Assembly: GCA_000934665.2 (NCBI GenBank)
Contig: KZ538436.1
Coordinates: forward strand, 1-64,000
Direction: 5' to 3'
DNA length: 64,000 bases
From: Catajapyx aquilonaris
Lineage: Eukaryota
Shown here: piece after piece, positions 1 through 12,600 of the stretch
Position numbering within the stretch: position 1 is the stretch's first letter
Layout: each line of letters opens with the position of its first letter
Translations under genes and position numbers: made by a program
The notes under the pieces: model-generated
What the model saw: only the letters and a program-made list of their open reading frames with translations
What the model was told of the DNA's origin: nothing
The model's database searches: none

Positions 1-169
1 AGCCTATGTATCTTGTAGCTATGTAGCCAGAATATTCCCCAACATTTCTGACACATCCCTCAACAGTTAAGGGATGTGCCAGAAATGTTGGGGCATATTC
101 TGGCTACATAGCTACAAGATACATAGGCTTTTCCGATAGCTGATCCGACAAAAAAGTTTAGACACCCTG
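1..169. mobile_element. Foldback MITE of the TA/CAGGGTG (Tc1/mariner-type) family; left end lies outside the window
   Basis: 1-60 and 70-129 are near-perfect inverted repeats. The element ends in CACCCTG (163-169) followed by TA. Internal TTGTAGCTATGTAGCCAGAA resembles TTGTAGCTTGTGCCCAGAA in the 24338 element. Confidence 0.75.
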
Positions 170-1409
170 TATTTCACACATCATACCACAGGACTCATGG
201 GCTTTAGCAAAGCTCTGTAGTGGTTAGTTGCTTCACACTTGCTAACACCAGCAGGGAGTAGGTTATTGCGGGGTAATTCCGAAACGACAGGTTTCTAATT
301 GTTTCCTGCAGTGCCAAATTATGCCATCTATTAGGTGGCGATAGGAGCCACTACATTCCCCAACTTCCTTTGGGGCTGAATCCATCTTGAGGGGGTGGGG
401 AGGGGTATAGGAGGAGGGTTCTTCCCATGCGATTGAGTTTCCACTTTGTTACCCTGCTGCATTCTTACAGGCCACCCCCGCATCACCTGAACTTAATAAA
501 AGCCTGGGCAAACCCTGATTGCGCCGGATCTGTGTCCGCATGCGAACATGCATCACGGTCATTCCTCATTACAAATACATGGGCCACACACAACGTAATG
601 CCGCCAGCTTTGTGATCTTTAATCAAGTGTCAGAGTTGGCAGGGAAATCTGAACCGCGCTTGCTCCCTTAGTTTCCTTGTGGCCACCTGGTAGCATCATC
701 AGTTGCAGGAGTTTATTTCACTCCAGGTTTTGCAGGCTTCCTCAGGGGGGTAATTTGCACTGGCTCTGACCAGCACAAAGTCTGGCATGAAAATGCCCAT
801 TACGCACGTCTGCTGCAGTATTTATGCCGGATATCGCAAAAGGCCCTCCCTACCCCCAGCCCGGCCAACCAGTCCTAACTTGAAGATTGATCAACTGCTT
901 CATAGTTCCCTGGCGCTGCTAATCACAGAGTTTGTCAATGCAACTTGGGCCAGGCCATTATTAACCTGTTGTTGTAATGCGCTTTATTAAGCTCGCAATA
1001 TCGGGAGTCCCAGATCCGCTGGGCCATAAAATCAAATTATCACTTACATTGATAGATTTGTCACGTCTAGCTGTCAGTCAGGCTTAATTCCGCTGATATC
1101 GTTATTGAATGCATACTAATACTTGAGCTATCTGCCTAATGAGGACAACCATCGAAAGGGGATTAACATTTCAGTTAATAATCTGACAACAAATAGCGCG
1201 GCGGCAATTATGCGATTGCGTTTGCCAGTTCCGGTAAATAAGGAGCCATTCCGCACTACCTGGCATGCCAACGGGATTTCACATGTAACCTATTGCACCA
1301 GTAATTTAAACTGGCACTAAACTGCACATTTGAAATCAGTTACTCTTGTTGTAAATAATAACAATAATAATAATCGTGCCTGAACATACAGTCACATGCT
1401 TCAACGCGC

Positions 1410-1915
1410 TACCTCGATCTCCATGAACATGTAAAGCTGACAGGAGCAATATTAATGGATAGAATTAAGGTCCATTCTCGAAGAAGCGAACTGGCGTCCA
1501 AGGGCTATTATCGCTCCCAGTGAGGCATGAACAGGCGCATGACCCGATCTCAAGTATAGCGATTCTCGCTCATGTACACGCTTATACACGCCCAGTACAC
1601 GCTTATGCTAAACTTGCGCAGATATTTCATGCTGATTGTCATATAGGATTTATTAGAAGGACAGACGCGCTCGGGACGCGGCTCAGAAGTGCTTTTGCAA
1701 GTAAAATGGACAATGTCTTTGTATGCCGACGACATCCGTTGAAGTACTTGTATAATCGAACCCAAGTTCCCATTAATAGTGCGGGGTAAGCATAATATGA
1801 TAATTAACCGTGCATTCTAGATTAGATTGCATAAAAGAGGCGTATAGCTATAATAAATGACGTGTTTACCGGTTGGTGACCAAGTTGCCGCGTTTGCTGC
1901 CGGCGACATTATATG
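1410..1915 (+). mobile_element. Decayed non-LTR retrotransposon reverse transcriptase fragment (RTE-like)
   Basis: RT-like motifs in the expected order across frameshifts: HVKLTGAILMDRIK; HDPISSIAIL; AKLAQIFHADCHIGFIRRTDALG (cf. D..KAFD.V.H..L...L...G); WTMSLY; PINS-GV; GDQVAAFAAGDI (cf. LAFADDI). Recognised by eye only. Confidence 0.5.
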
Positions 1916-2954
1916 GAATGGGACTTGTTTTTAAAATTCAGACGCTCTGCGAAATTTGAAATATTTTAAATGCGATACATATGTCCAAATAATTATATTA
2001 CTTTATTAGAAACCTGAATTAGGTAGCACTAAACTAAAACACCAAAAAAAGCCTAATTCAAAACACGGGAGACAAAATAACCATCAATATTTGGTTGTGT
2101 ATAGTAAACTGATTTTTGCACGTTAAATTCATCACTCACTATTATTTTGAAACCTTACCTTTATGTCATAATGTCGGCCAAAAATATTACTGATTTAATC
2201 AACTTCATGAGCCTTTTATTTTTAGTTTCATTGTTGACGGCAATATTATAGTTGCTCATTTGCCGCCAGTAATTTAAGAAATGATACAAGAAAAATTTAC
2301 AACCATAAATAAAATAAGTTTCAGTTTAAGCACTGACAATGTGAGTGACATGAGTGTAGACCATTGCCATTGTTAGGATTATTGTTGACAACAATAGATA
2401 ACAACGAAGAATGTATGATCACAGTCTACCTTTACTGGTGCAACCAGACATGACATAACCAGTAAAATAAACAGACATATGCGTAAAATTCGAATCTGTT
2501 GTCGGCGTAGGGGCGTACAAAAATGTATCCGTTAAAAATCCGTTAAAAAATGTATCCGTTAATCCAATACAACCATGATGTTCATGCTATACAAGCCGCC
2601 GCGCCGCCCGATAATGCCTTCAGTACACAATCACTAGTCAATTCAATCCAAACAATACCATCATGGGAAAAGGATAGTATACAGAAATGATATTACTGTA
2701 CATTATTACTATAGCTTCCGCTAAATCACAACCTGTAATTCATTCCAACTATACTTACAAAAATGTGAACAAAAATATCAACTGTCAATTTTTTTTTTCA
2801 AGCATACGAAAATAAACTAAATACCGGTAACTCAAATAAATAAATAAAAAATCGTAAAATGACGTCACATGAGGAAATCTTGTTTCGACTTTAATATTCA
2901 GGCAAATTCGGATTTAGTTTCCTGTAACTCAAAAACTCTCTCAAAAAAAATCGT

Positions 2955-5135
2955 GTTTTAGTGGCATTTTACAGTTCGGGTGCTCCTCAAGAACACAACA
3001 TATTTTCACTCCGATGTACGAGGCGAAAGCGAAGTCGGAGCAAAATGTTGCCCGAGCAGAATGATCTCTCCGAGTTTGGCGATTTTGATATGCAATGTTC
3101 TAAAATTATAGATCGTTTAGTCATCCGCCTGAATTAAATCTTCCACAATAATGTGACTTCTAGACAGAGTTATTGAGGTTTTTTGATGGCTTTTCGGGGG
3201 AGGCGACACAACGCGACATTCACACATTGCAGCTTCTCATCTGGTGTGGTCGAGTATATACATGCTCATAATTTTGGATGAGGGCCAGAAAGTCATTGGT
3301 TGCGGTCCTTCACGGACTTGAAGCTCTATTATTAAATAAGCATTGGGCAGGAAGCCCACGAAACCTTGTCGTCATCTATAGGCCTACTCTAATGTAAGCA
3401 GTGTTCAGTTGCATATTTTAAATATTAATAGGGTACACATTGCAGTATATTATTACGAAAATGGTGCAATATTCGTAAAGCAGCTTAACTTCACAGCAAG
3501 TCGTTCAGAGATGCATAAATGATGTCGAAAAGTGATCCGCTTCGAAGGCAAGTAACACCATAACGACACCTCTAATGTCGATGAAGTTGTGTCAATATAA
3601 TTCAGCAACGACAAGCTCAGATTCAAAGGAACAGTGTACAAATAAAAATATGCGATCGACAATGTAACAGCTCTGTGTAGCCAAAGAATGCGTGGAGTAA
3701 GCCAATGAAGAGCTTCTATAAACCCACTGTCAGGCCTTAATCTGAAGCATCTAAGTGGAGAAAGAACCCTTTCAACTGACTTCAATAAACAGGCACTTTT
3801 TCAGTCAGCAAGACACCAAATCTTGATGTGACACTTAACAGTCAAAAGGACTTTCTTTAAGAGCGCAATTTTTATACTCTGTAGCTAAAGTCCTACTTTC
3901 AATCTAAATGACGCGTAACTGCCCGTTTATTTTAAAAATCTGTTACGACGACAAGAGTCGTATATCCACATTACATACAGTAAGCTACAATATTAGGGAT
4001 ATTGTCACCAGAAAAATGACGGCAGTTATTCAGATTTCTTCACTATACTAAATGTTCCTCGTGCTCATATACCTTTTGCAATAATTATTGGACAATTCAA
4101 TTCGGCCTAACAGTATGGGCAGCATCTGTGGCCTAAAGATGCTAAAATTATCCGACGTGCTATGCAGCGAGATACATCGGTTAGGGGTACCAACAGTTCT
4201 GGCAGGTTTATCGTGATTTTCATGCTTCGGGGGCCACTAATTGCCTCCTAATGTGTGTGTGCCTCAAATATGACACCTCCAGTGCTACATATATGCGCCC
4301 TCATACCGAGAATTTTGTAACACTACATCCTTTGATATCACGTAGTCCCACGACCCAAACAAAAAGAATTGCAAAAAAAACTGAACCAATCGCATGATGT
4401 CACAGACGTTGTTCAGATAGGCGCTTTCTAAAAGCGGACAAAATGACATTGCCATACAATTTTCCCAGCTATACAAAGAACAACTGGGTTTCGCGTCAAA
4501 ACTCTTTGTCGGTGGTATCAATACGCTAAAACCAGTACATCTGAACTTAAATAAAGTATAATATATTTTCAAACGATCCAATTTTATAATACCCACTGAT
4601 GAACCAATAGTAATAGAGTTATAGAGCAGGACAGCAGGAAACAACCCTGAAACATTGAATGTGATCAAAAGGACAGCGCGTATAACCCGAATTTCCAGAC
4701 TAATGTTGAATTCAATCAATACGGAGCACATGGTTAGGCACGGTTAAAAGAATTCGTCATCAATATTGAATGATGGACGACAAGCTTTATCCCTGACATA
4801 TTTGCTGCCTCTCCGACATGTCCGGTGTCCACAATACAGATGGTTATGCAGCTGCCGTACACGCAACAAGGCTGACAAGGCTTGATGGATGACGAACAAT
4901 AGGCTCATGACATCAGAGGTGGGGAAAGGCGTCTGATGCCCACGTCCCAAGACCGATGTTAGGTTCACGCAACAATAGCTCGCCACTGATTTGGATAGCA
5001 AATCAATAACCTAGAGACGATCATCACTATTCTAGATTTTTTTTTGTCGACTGGCAGGTTAAGGAAATAGTCATCTTTGCTCATGTTTCATAAAGTGATT
5101 TGTGTGCATGATGGTAACGATAATGATGATGACGG
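2955..5135 (+). mobile_element. Heavily decayed, internally deleted RTE-clade LINE (endonuclease, RT, C-terminus, GAT tail)
   Basis: Collinear remnants: GIYSSGAPQ and FGDFD (APE-like, ~2960-3090); LLDNSIRP and HRLGVP (~4085-4190); LSKSGQND..LGFASKLF..LNLNKV*YIFK..RITRI..NTEH (~4420-4735); YRWL..RLMTSEVGKGV*CPRPK..LATDL (~4835-4995; cf. RTE LRW.GH..G.R..GRPK..DL); GATAATGATGATGA tail near 5120-5132. Many stops and frameshifts. Confidence 0.55.
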
Positions 5136-6143
5136 AGAATGAACGACACCAGTGGCCCAAATAGTCTAAGAATGCATATTTCCAAGTCGTTCGACAGCAA
5201 ATTGCTATTCGGCCCCAGCCCGTATCAGTTTCGACAACGACTATAATTATTTGAGTGGAGAATTTATGCACTATTGATTACATTTAGGCTCCGGTGCATA
5301 AGTCAGAACCGTTACGGGCCAGCTGATGTAAACACCGTTGTCATAAACAAGATCGTAACACTCTTTGTTGGACAGCAAGCAAACAAACCTATTAAAGCAG
5401 GTAAGGACACAAAAACCACCTGGTAACACCCTTTAAAACAGGTCCTCCAGTAAAGCCCTTCTTTCCGGAGGCCTCGTGTTTCTCTAACCCTCTCCACAAT
5501 AAAAGACCTTCCTTCCGCGCTCAAGTTTACAAGCCACCTCCTTTAAGTGCAATTCTCCGTGTGCTCTTACAACACCTCTCGAATTTTATTACCCTTATCT
5601 CCAAACCCAGGCAAAATTTACGACATCTTAAAAGTCCCTGTTGCGTCTTTCTCAATGAATCGTGGCCACGGGCGCCATGTTGTGAATGGCGAAGGGGATT
5701 TCCCGCCCTCACCGCCTGTGTATCAGAATGGGGCGAGGGTAAATTTTATGACCCTGGGCTTTCCAACCACTACAACAAGCAGCCTTTCGGTACTTGACAT
5801 TGTTGTGATGTCACGACTGGGTCATTGGACTGTCGGCCGTGTTACTGATTTTCCGTACAGGCCAATAACAAATTCATATTAGCAGTCGACACACCCACAC
5901 CTGCAAGGCCTAAGCGTCAAGATTAATTATATTCATTATCAAGCTCGTCCGTTGAATAATAAATAGCAATTAGATGTTGACATGTTAATTGCCCGAAACT
6001 GACGTGACGGTCCGTGTTCAAACGGCTGTGTTTAAGGTGTGTGCCTAATAGTCCTCTATAATGTGGTGCCGGTGTGTAACACCGAGAAAAAAAACAGAGT
6101 TTAAATGTTTACAGGGCTTAATATAAAATTACTACATTACAGA

Positions 6144-6265
6144 CAGGGTCTCAATAATGTTTTTGATTTTTCAAAATTGCAAATCCGACAAGCCAAACTG
6201 TAAAATTGTGTTCAATTATACAATTTTACAGTTTGGCTATGTCGGATTTGCAATTTTGAACAATC
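6144..6265. mobile_element. Foldback (MITE-like) remnant
   Basis: 6165-6209 and 6220-6265 form a ~45-bp inverted repeat with a 10-bp loop. It is preceded by CAGGGTC at 6144; no clear right terminus. Confidence 0.6.
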
Positions 6266-6344
6266 AGGATACTCAGGAGGTACCGGTATGGTGCAAATTA
6301 TTTCACATATTTGACATATTATGCAAGTTATTACTACAACAAAA

Positions 6345-6490
6345 TATCAAGCGTTTTGAAGCTATTAATACTGTATATTCTGCGTGAGTGGCGAAATATT
6401 TTCTATGGATTGTCAAGAAATATTAAAATGACATTCCACACATTAGAATACACGAAGAATTTTCAGGAACTCTCAAAAAACTGATTTAGA
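6345..6490 (-). mobile_element. Possible CR1-type LINE ORF2 C-terminal remnant
   Basis: Minus-strand translation QFFE..NVWNVI..SINSFKTLD resembles the CR1 end FF..RVV..WN.LP..S.NSFK..LD. Short and degenerate. Confidence 0.3.
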
Positions 6491-9400
6491 TGAGGACATC
6501 GGTGGACACTTGTTGTGGTTGTAAAACCAAAATATCGGCTGGGGGCTACACACCTGTCAAGGTTATCTGCCGCAATCTAGGTTACATTGCAGGTCATGCG
6601 AATGTGTGAAAAATATGCCAATTTATTATGTTCATTTGTCCTTGAACTCTTTCAGAAAGAGAAATCGCCGGTGATGTTTGAACAACTCCGGTAACGTTAG
6701 TAATCCTTTTTTTTTTTGAACTACAAACGTACAGAAGAACCTACTACACAAATAATCCCCAAACGATGGTGTTCATTTGCTTTTAATGGCACTATAAATA
6801 TGTCAAGTAAAATAACCCCTACCCATTTTTTTTCACGTAAGTCTTGTGGTGGGTCTTCCAACCTTGACCCTGGACAAGGTTTATTGCCAGCATCTGATTT
6901 TAATGAGCAGTCTATGCAAATGGGCGGTTGTTCGGGGGGTGGGCACACTTCCCACATCTGGCCGCCTCCTTGTGTATACAAGTGAATGAGAGGCTGGGAT
7001 GTGAAAGAGGACTCAAGTGCGCGGCTCCTGTAGCCTAGGATGAATTTATGCCCTCGGAGGAACAAGTGCAACAAGCCACTGAGTGGAGGAGGGAGCCCAC
7101 TTAGTTGGGGGGGGTTTCGGGACCCCCCTTTTTGGCCTTTTGCTGCCTTCTCGATTTACGACCAGGCAACAGGCAGCTTTTCTGGTGCCACCACCCAAGC
7201 CAAAGAAAAAAATTCCGGAAGGAAATGTTGAAATCATGCAATATTCACACACAAAAAAAATCAAGCTTTTTGCATGGGCAGTATGCAAAGTGATGGCAAT
7301 TTTCCAATTATTTCCGGCCTATAGTTACCCAGCAGTAGCACAGATCGGCGTATATCCTATATTCTATTATGGGAGGCCGACACACGCAAAAGATTGGTGC
7401 TTCGAATGCATCCATCAATGTGTGACCCATGGTTCCCTGCACGCTGAAATGCTTTCAAATGCAAATGGCACGTTCCGATTGATGACTGGACCAAATGCTC
7501 GCAAATCACGCTGTTTGTCCAACGCAGTAATAATTAGAGATCTCATCCCAGTCATATTCTGCAGCAAATCACTACTGACTATAATGTCCGGTGCATACCC
7601 GGGGAATGATTAAGTCTTGGTCCAGCCTGGGTTTATATTTTTTGGATTGTTGAGTGTGGGTTGGGTATATACGAAATTCCTGTGGAGCGTATCTTGGAGA
7701 AACAACATTACTAGTAACGTGAGAGGGCTTGAGAAAGGGGGAAAATTTACGACCAATAAAGGTCCGCACTTCCCCATCCTACTCACGGCAACCTTCGTTA
7801 CGATTTGTAAACAAGAACGACCTACCTGTGGGATTTCAAGCTTTTACCTGGACATCTTCAAGGACACAGTGCCGAACGAGGTCCAAACTGTCAACCATAT
7901 AACGCTGAAACATATATTTTGTTGGCCATAATTGCCAGGCGATTTTCCCCATGAAGGGCTCAAATGGCAAATGTTCCCGTTTCATCACGCTCGTATTGCA
8001 CCTGTCCATTTATTTTCTTTCTGCACATATGCACTGACTTGCAAACTCAACAACAGCAGCTCCCAAAAATTTGAATGAACAGCTCCCACTTTCCACCCCA
8101 GTTGATTCCGGACAGGTTATAATGGCGGATAATTTATTTTATATCCTGCTGAAAACTGACAGCCTCTGAGCGCGAAATATGAGCATCGACATAAAATAAT
8201 GCTTGGGAGCTTTGGACACAGTCATATTGCTCGTTTGTTTATTTTGACGCATAGTTGGCTTCACTATATGCCTAACACTACTGGCTGCTCCAATCAACAG
8301 TTTTTTTTTTTTTTTTTNATGCGTGCCATTTGCGCTTCCAATCAATCTTCGCGAAAAATCCTCGTTTCGCTCTCACAATAGTGTATCTCAAAAAATGGTG
8401 CAGTTGCTTAATATGCGACCACTTTTTTCTTTTTGGACAGTATGGGCAGCCACAAAAGCCATCGTGGTGCATACAGAATTTGGAAGTATGGTTGGAAAAA
8501 AGGAAGTTGAGAGAAGGACAGCGTCAAGGCGGCCAGATCCCACGCCATTTCCCCACAGTAATGCCGGGAATAGTAAAAAGGGGATAGAACACCCCCCCCC
8601 CCCCCGCCCCCTCCCTCCCTCCCACCCCTTTCATAAAACTTACGTTGTTCTCGACTGGAGAAATACTCAAATCGGATTTTCTAACGTAAGTTAAGTTGCA
8701 CCTCGTTTTTCACTGGATTGGGAATAAACCCGGTTGGCAAACACGCTCAAATCCAGGCCACTTTTTCAAATTCGGGATCGACATTTGCGGGTGGGTTCAT
8801 ACTTACTTGTCATTGTTCATTAATTTAAAATTTGGTCAATAAATATTGGTAATTTATATAACGTCCGATGGTGAGAAGATAGAGTCCACAGTGCATGGTC
8901 CATTAATAATAACAATGCAGAGAGTGATATGATGAGTGCGACGTCGCGGTATACTTTTCAGGCCTCTTTTGGTTGTTACAGGCCATCGGACGTAATGAGT
9001 TTATTACATAATCATCATCAATGGCCCAGTGGAATTACTAGTACAAAACGGGACCCAATTGCTGCTATTTGTTTGATTTAACCAATCCTATCATATGGTG
9101 AGATAAATGATAGATTTATCCTATTATCCCAGTTCATTGCGCTAAAATCCGACAAGTGCACAACCGCAGTTAACCCCCAAAAAATGACATAATTAGCGTT
9201 AATATGATCATAGTTAATTTATTGTTAGAAAAGGAAACTTGGAGCGACACGAGCCCCTACCGTATACTATAGGTACTAAGTTGTATTATTTTACCCCATT
9301 CTTCAAATTGAACATAACTATGGAGCACTCGAGCACAAATTTTATTTATTCCCTGAAAAGTAGTTTCTACTCCTATTCCCCAACAATATCCCTAAACCAG

Positions 9401-9648
9401 ACAAGCACAACCTGCACTTAAAAGGGGAAGCCGTGGGGGAAATACAAGTGTTTGCACTGATAAATATTCGTGGCCCCGGCTGAAGACGCTTTCTGGCACT
9501 GAAAAGCTTTGAAGTATGAGATGTCACGAGTTGGTGGGGGAAAATGAAAGTGAATTGGCCTTCCATAAAATTCCCACAAATATTCGCGCACATACCACCG
9601 CATATATTCCCGCTTTTGTTATGAAAATTTGAGCCTCATTCGCGAGGG

Positions 9649-9669
9649 GAGAGAGAGAGAGAGAGAGAG
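9649..9669. repeat. (GA)n microsatellite
   Basis: About ten GA units, seen directly. Confidence 0.95.
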
Positions 9670-12600
9670 CGAAAAGTTGATGAAAATGAAACACATTGGA
9701 AAATGCAATTTATAGAGGACATATTTCATTCCTCAAATTTTGTCAGCTCCACGGCATTGTCTAAAATCTAGGTCTTAATGATGATATAATTTATTTTCAT
9801 TTTCTCTCCCAAGAAACAGTGCATTGGAAGGGAGTGACAAGGATATATGAGCTCCTGGTAGACCCATGATTACGCCTCGCTTTTGGGCTCCCGCATGTAT
9901 TCGTCAATCGAGTTTTCCTCGTCATTAGACTAACGCTCCATGGAGGAAGCTCAGGGCTGCTGCGAAGAGAGATGGCTGCTCACGAGCTGCCAACTGCACT
10001 AACATTGCTTGCCTGCCCGCGTGCTTGCCCAGCCACGGCCATATTCTATAGAGACCAGGAGCAGCAACCTCTCTATTCTATAAATACATGCATTTGACGG
10101 AAATAACAACGAAAATATTAGCTACAAATTTATTTTTCCCAAATTATAGACAAATGAGCACTGTTTTCACAGAATCATCACTGGCATTAATATTTCCAAT
10201 TTCATAGAATTGCGTTAAGTAATTCTGGTAGCTTCTGAGAGTAATGAAAATATGAGTGAGCTGCCAAATAAGCAGAGCATGACAGGTGTGTCAACGCACA
10301 AGCTTTCACAGCTATTACTGCTACTTTTCTGGCAGCTGAGGTCTACGTGAAAGTGTCTTTTGCCACCTCATGACGTGAACACCCCCTACCATAAATAAAC
10401 GCAGCAAGTTGGCAGAAATTATTTCTCATTTCTAGATTGTACAGTACATGTAATACACTAAAAGTTATACGTATAATTTTATTATTTTTGGAAACTGATA
10501 TTTTGAACGGTATTCAACATGCGCTTGTAGGTGCCAGTTTGGCAGATAAATCCCTCCCCAGATCAACCGCTTTCAACATGGTCCACTCCTGACGTCTAGT
10601 AAATCGGACACACACCAGCGCCACCATACTGGAAATAATACCACTTGCAAGTACTTTTCCTGCGGTACACACCAAATTACAAGGCACGTTTGAAACTATA
10701 GTCTGAATATTTTGTGGGTGGAGTGTGGCAAAATCCGAGACGCTTGCAACTCCAGTTTAGAGGTCCCATGCATTGCAAGGCGCCTCATTCGCCGCTCCTG
10801 CTTATTTAGTCCATAATGAAGGTTGAACGATGAAAGATGGCTTCTTAAGAGAGAAGGGGTATTGGCGCCCATTAAGCCCTATACCAGACTCGCCTCGCCG
10901 AATTATTCCCAGTCCCTGTAGAAGCCTCTAACTTCTCCATAATTTGGACTTTCCATTAAAGTTATTTCCAGCCAACTTTGCCAAAGGGAGGAAGAGATGA
11001 GGTAGAAGGGGAGATGAGAAACTAGGGTGGCGAAAGGTAGAGAGTCTAAGGAAGAAAAAAAATGTATATATTCCAACTTGCCTGCATCCAAAGTTGGCAG
11101 GCCGCAAAGTTTCATTACTCAGCAATGAATTTCACCTCAGAGGCAAGTTGGCGAATTCAATGCTAGAAATTTGCTTCGTGTCTGAATATTTTTTTTTGCG
11201 ACTTTCCTTCAGAGAGCACATTTGTCTTCCCACAATTCCAATGAAATATTCAGATGTTTAATTACGAGGCGTCTTTCCAGGGTAAAAAATTGCCGGACTT
11301 TGCTCTGGACTTATACTTAAGCATTTTCGCATTTCCTCGCGGGCGCTTTTGAGTCACGCAGAATTCAGATAAGACTGATGCGCCTAATGATATTTTAATG
11401 TATCTTTTAATGGCTTACAATATCTTATGGCAGGGGTAAACGCCCCTCACATATTTGAGCAAAAGTCCTATTCAATAAACTGTAGGTTTGGTATGGGCTC
11501 CCAAATCCCATTTTCTCTCCATAGGGGTACCCTATGATGAAATTTTCCCCCCATTCTCAAGCTTCGTGTTGCTGGTTTGTCTGCTGGGTTGCTGGGTCGG
11601 GTTGGTTGGCTGGCAAGACCTGGTTGGTTGGCTGGCATTGGAGGAGAAAAGAGGAATTGGTCTCGCTGTTCTTTTGCGCGGCTGCCCCCTAGGAGGTACC
11701 TTCACGATTCGCTTCTTTCATTAACGCTCAGATTATATCATTGCACTTGAGCGATGCATCACAAATGCTGAGGATGTTCACCGCATTGTTTCCCTTTGTT
11801 CCCTAGCAGCAGGTAGCTTTGTCTACGGTCTCGCCAAGGACAATAAGTAGGAAGTTGGGGCGCAAAGGATGAGAAAGAAACAGGAGCGGGTGTTATTCAA
11901 ATGAAATGAGGGGATCTTTTCAGAACGGTGGGAACCAGAGGGCTGACAAAAACAGCACTTTATCGAGGCGCCGCTTCATAAAAGGATTTTAGGGGGATTT
12001 TTGCTAACACCAACTATATTAGATTTCCTTCAGGAACTATTCATAATAGACGGCCATGCTTCTCCTTGACAGTGCACGCTCTTCTGGCGGTCCATGGGCG
12101 CGACATGGCTGCTGGAGATGGGACAAGAATGAAGGACTGGCTCGTTGCCGGCTGCATGCACAAGCCTGCTCGGTGGATTCTTGCACAGGCTTACCACCAC
12201 TATGTGCTAACATTGCAACCCACACGTGCCTGTCGCTCCATTATTTGGTACTACGCCGGTTTTCTCTGTCGCCTGCTCAGCCGCCTCTGGGTAAGGAGCT
12301 GGGGTCGAGGGTTCAAGATGCAAAGAAAGGCTGTCAAACACGCCTGTCACTTCTTGGGTCAACGGGGAACTAGGAGCCATCTATTATCCGGCCCATAATT
12401 GGACGGTGTTTCACGGACAGAAATAAACCGCGCAAGGACGATTCGCAAAAAAATATACTGATCAAGTCGCTTTTCATTTATGCGAATTAGGGACTGATTG
12501 TTGACGTTACAAACTCTGTGTGCGGGTTTTGGTAATAATGAACGAATCAAAATTTTTTTGCGACATGTCGTGGGTGGCAGCAATCCAAAGTCAAGATGAA

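Noticed and set aside
1327..1341. CATTTGAAATCAGTT resembles the 3' part of miR-29/285
   Set aside because: The seed (AGCACCA) is broken and there is no proper precursor hairpin.
1722..1733. YADD as the RT catalytic motif
   Set aside because: Its position relative to neighbouring motifs fits the upstream MSLY segment. The catalytic-equivalent remnant is more likely AFAAGDI near 1890-1910.
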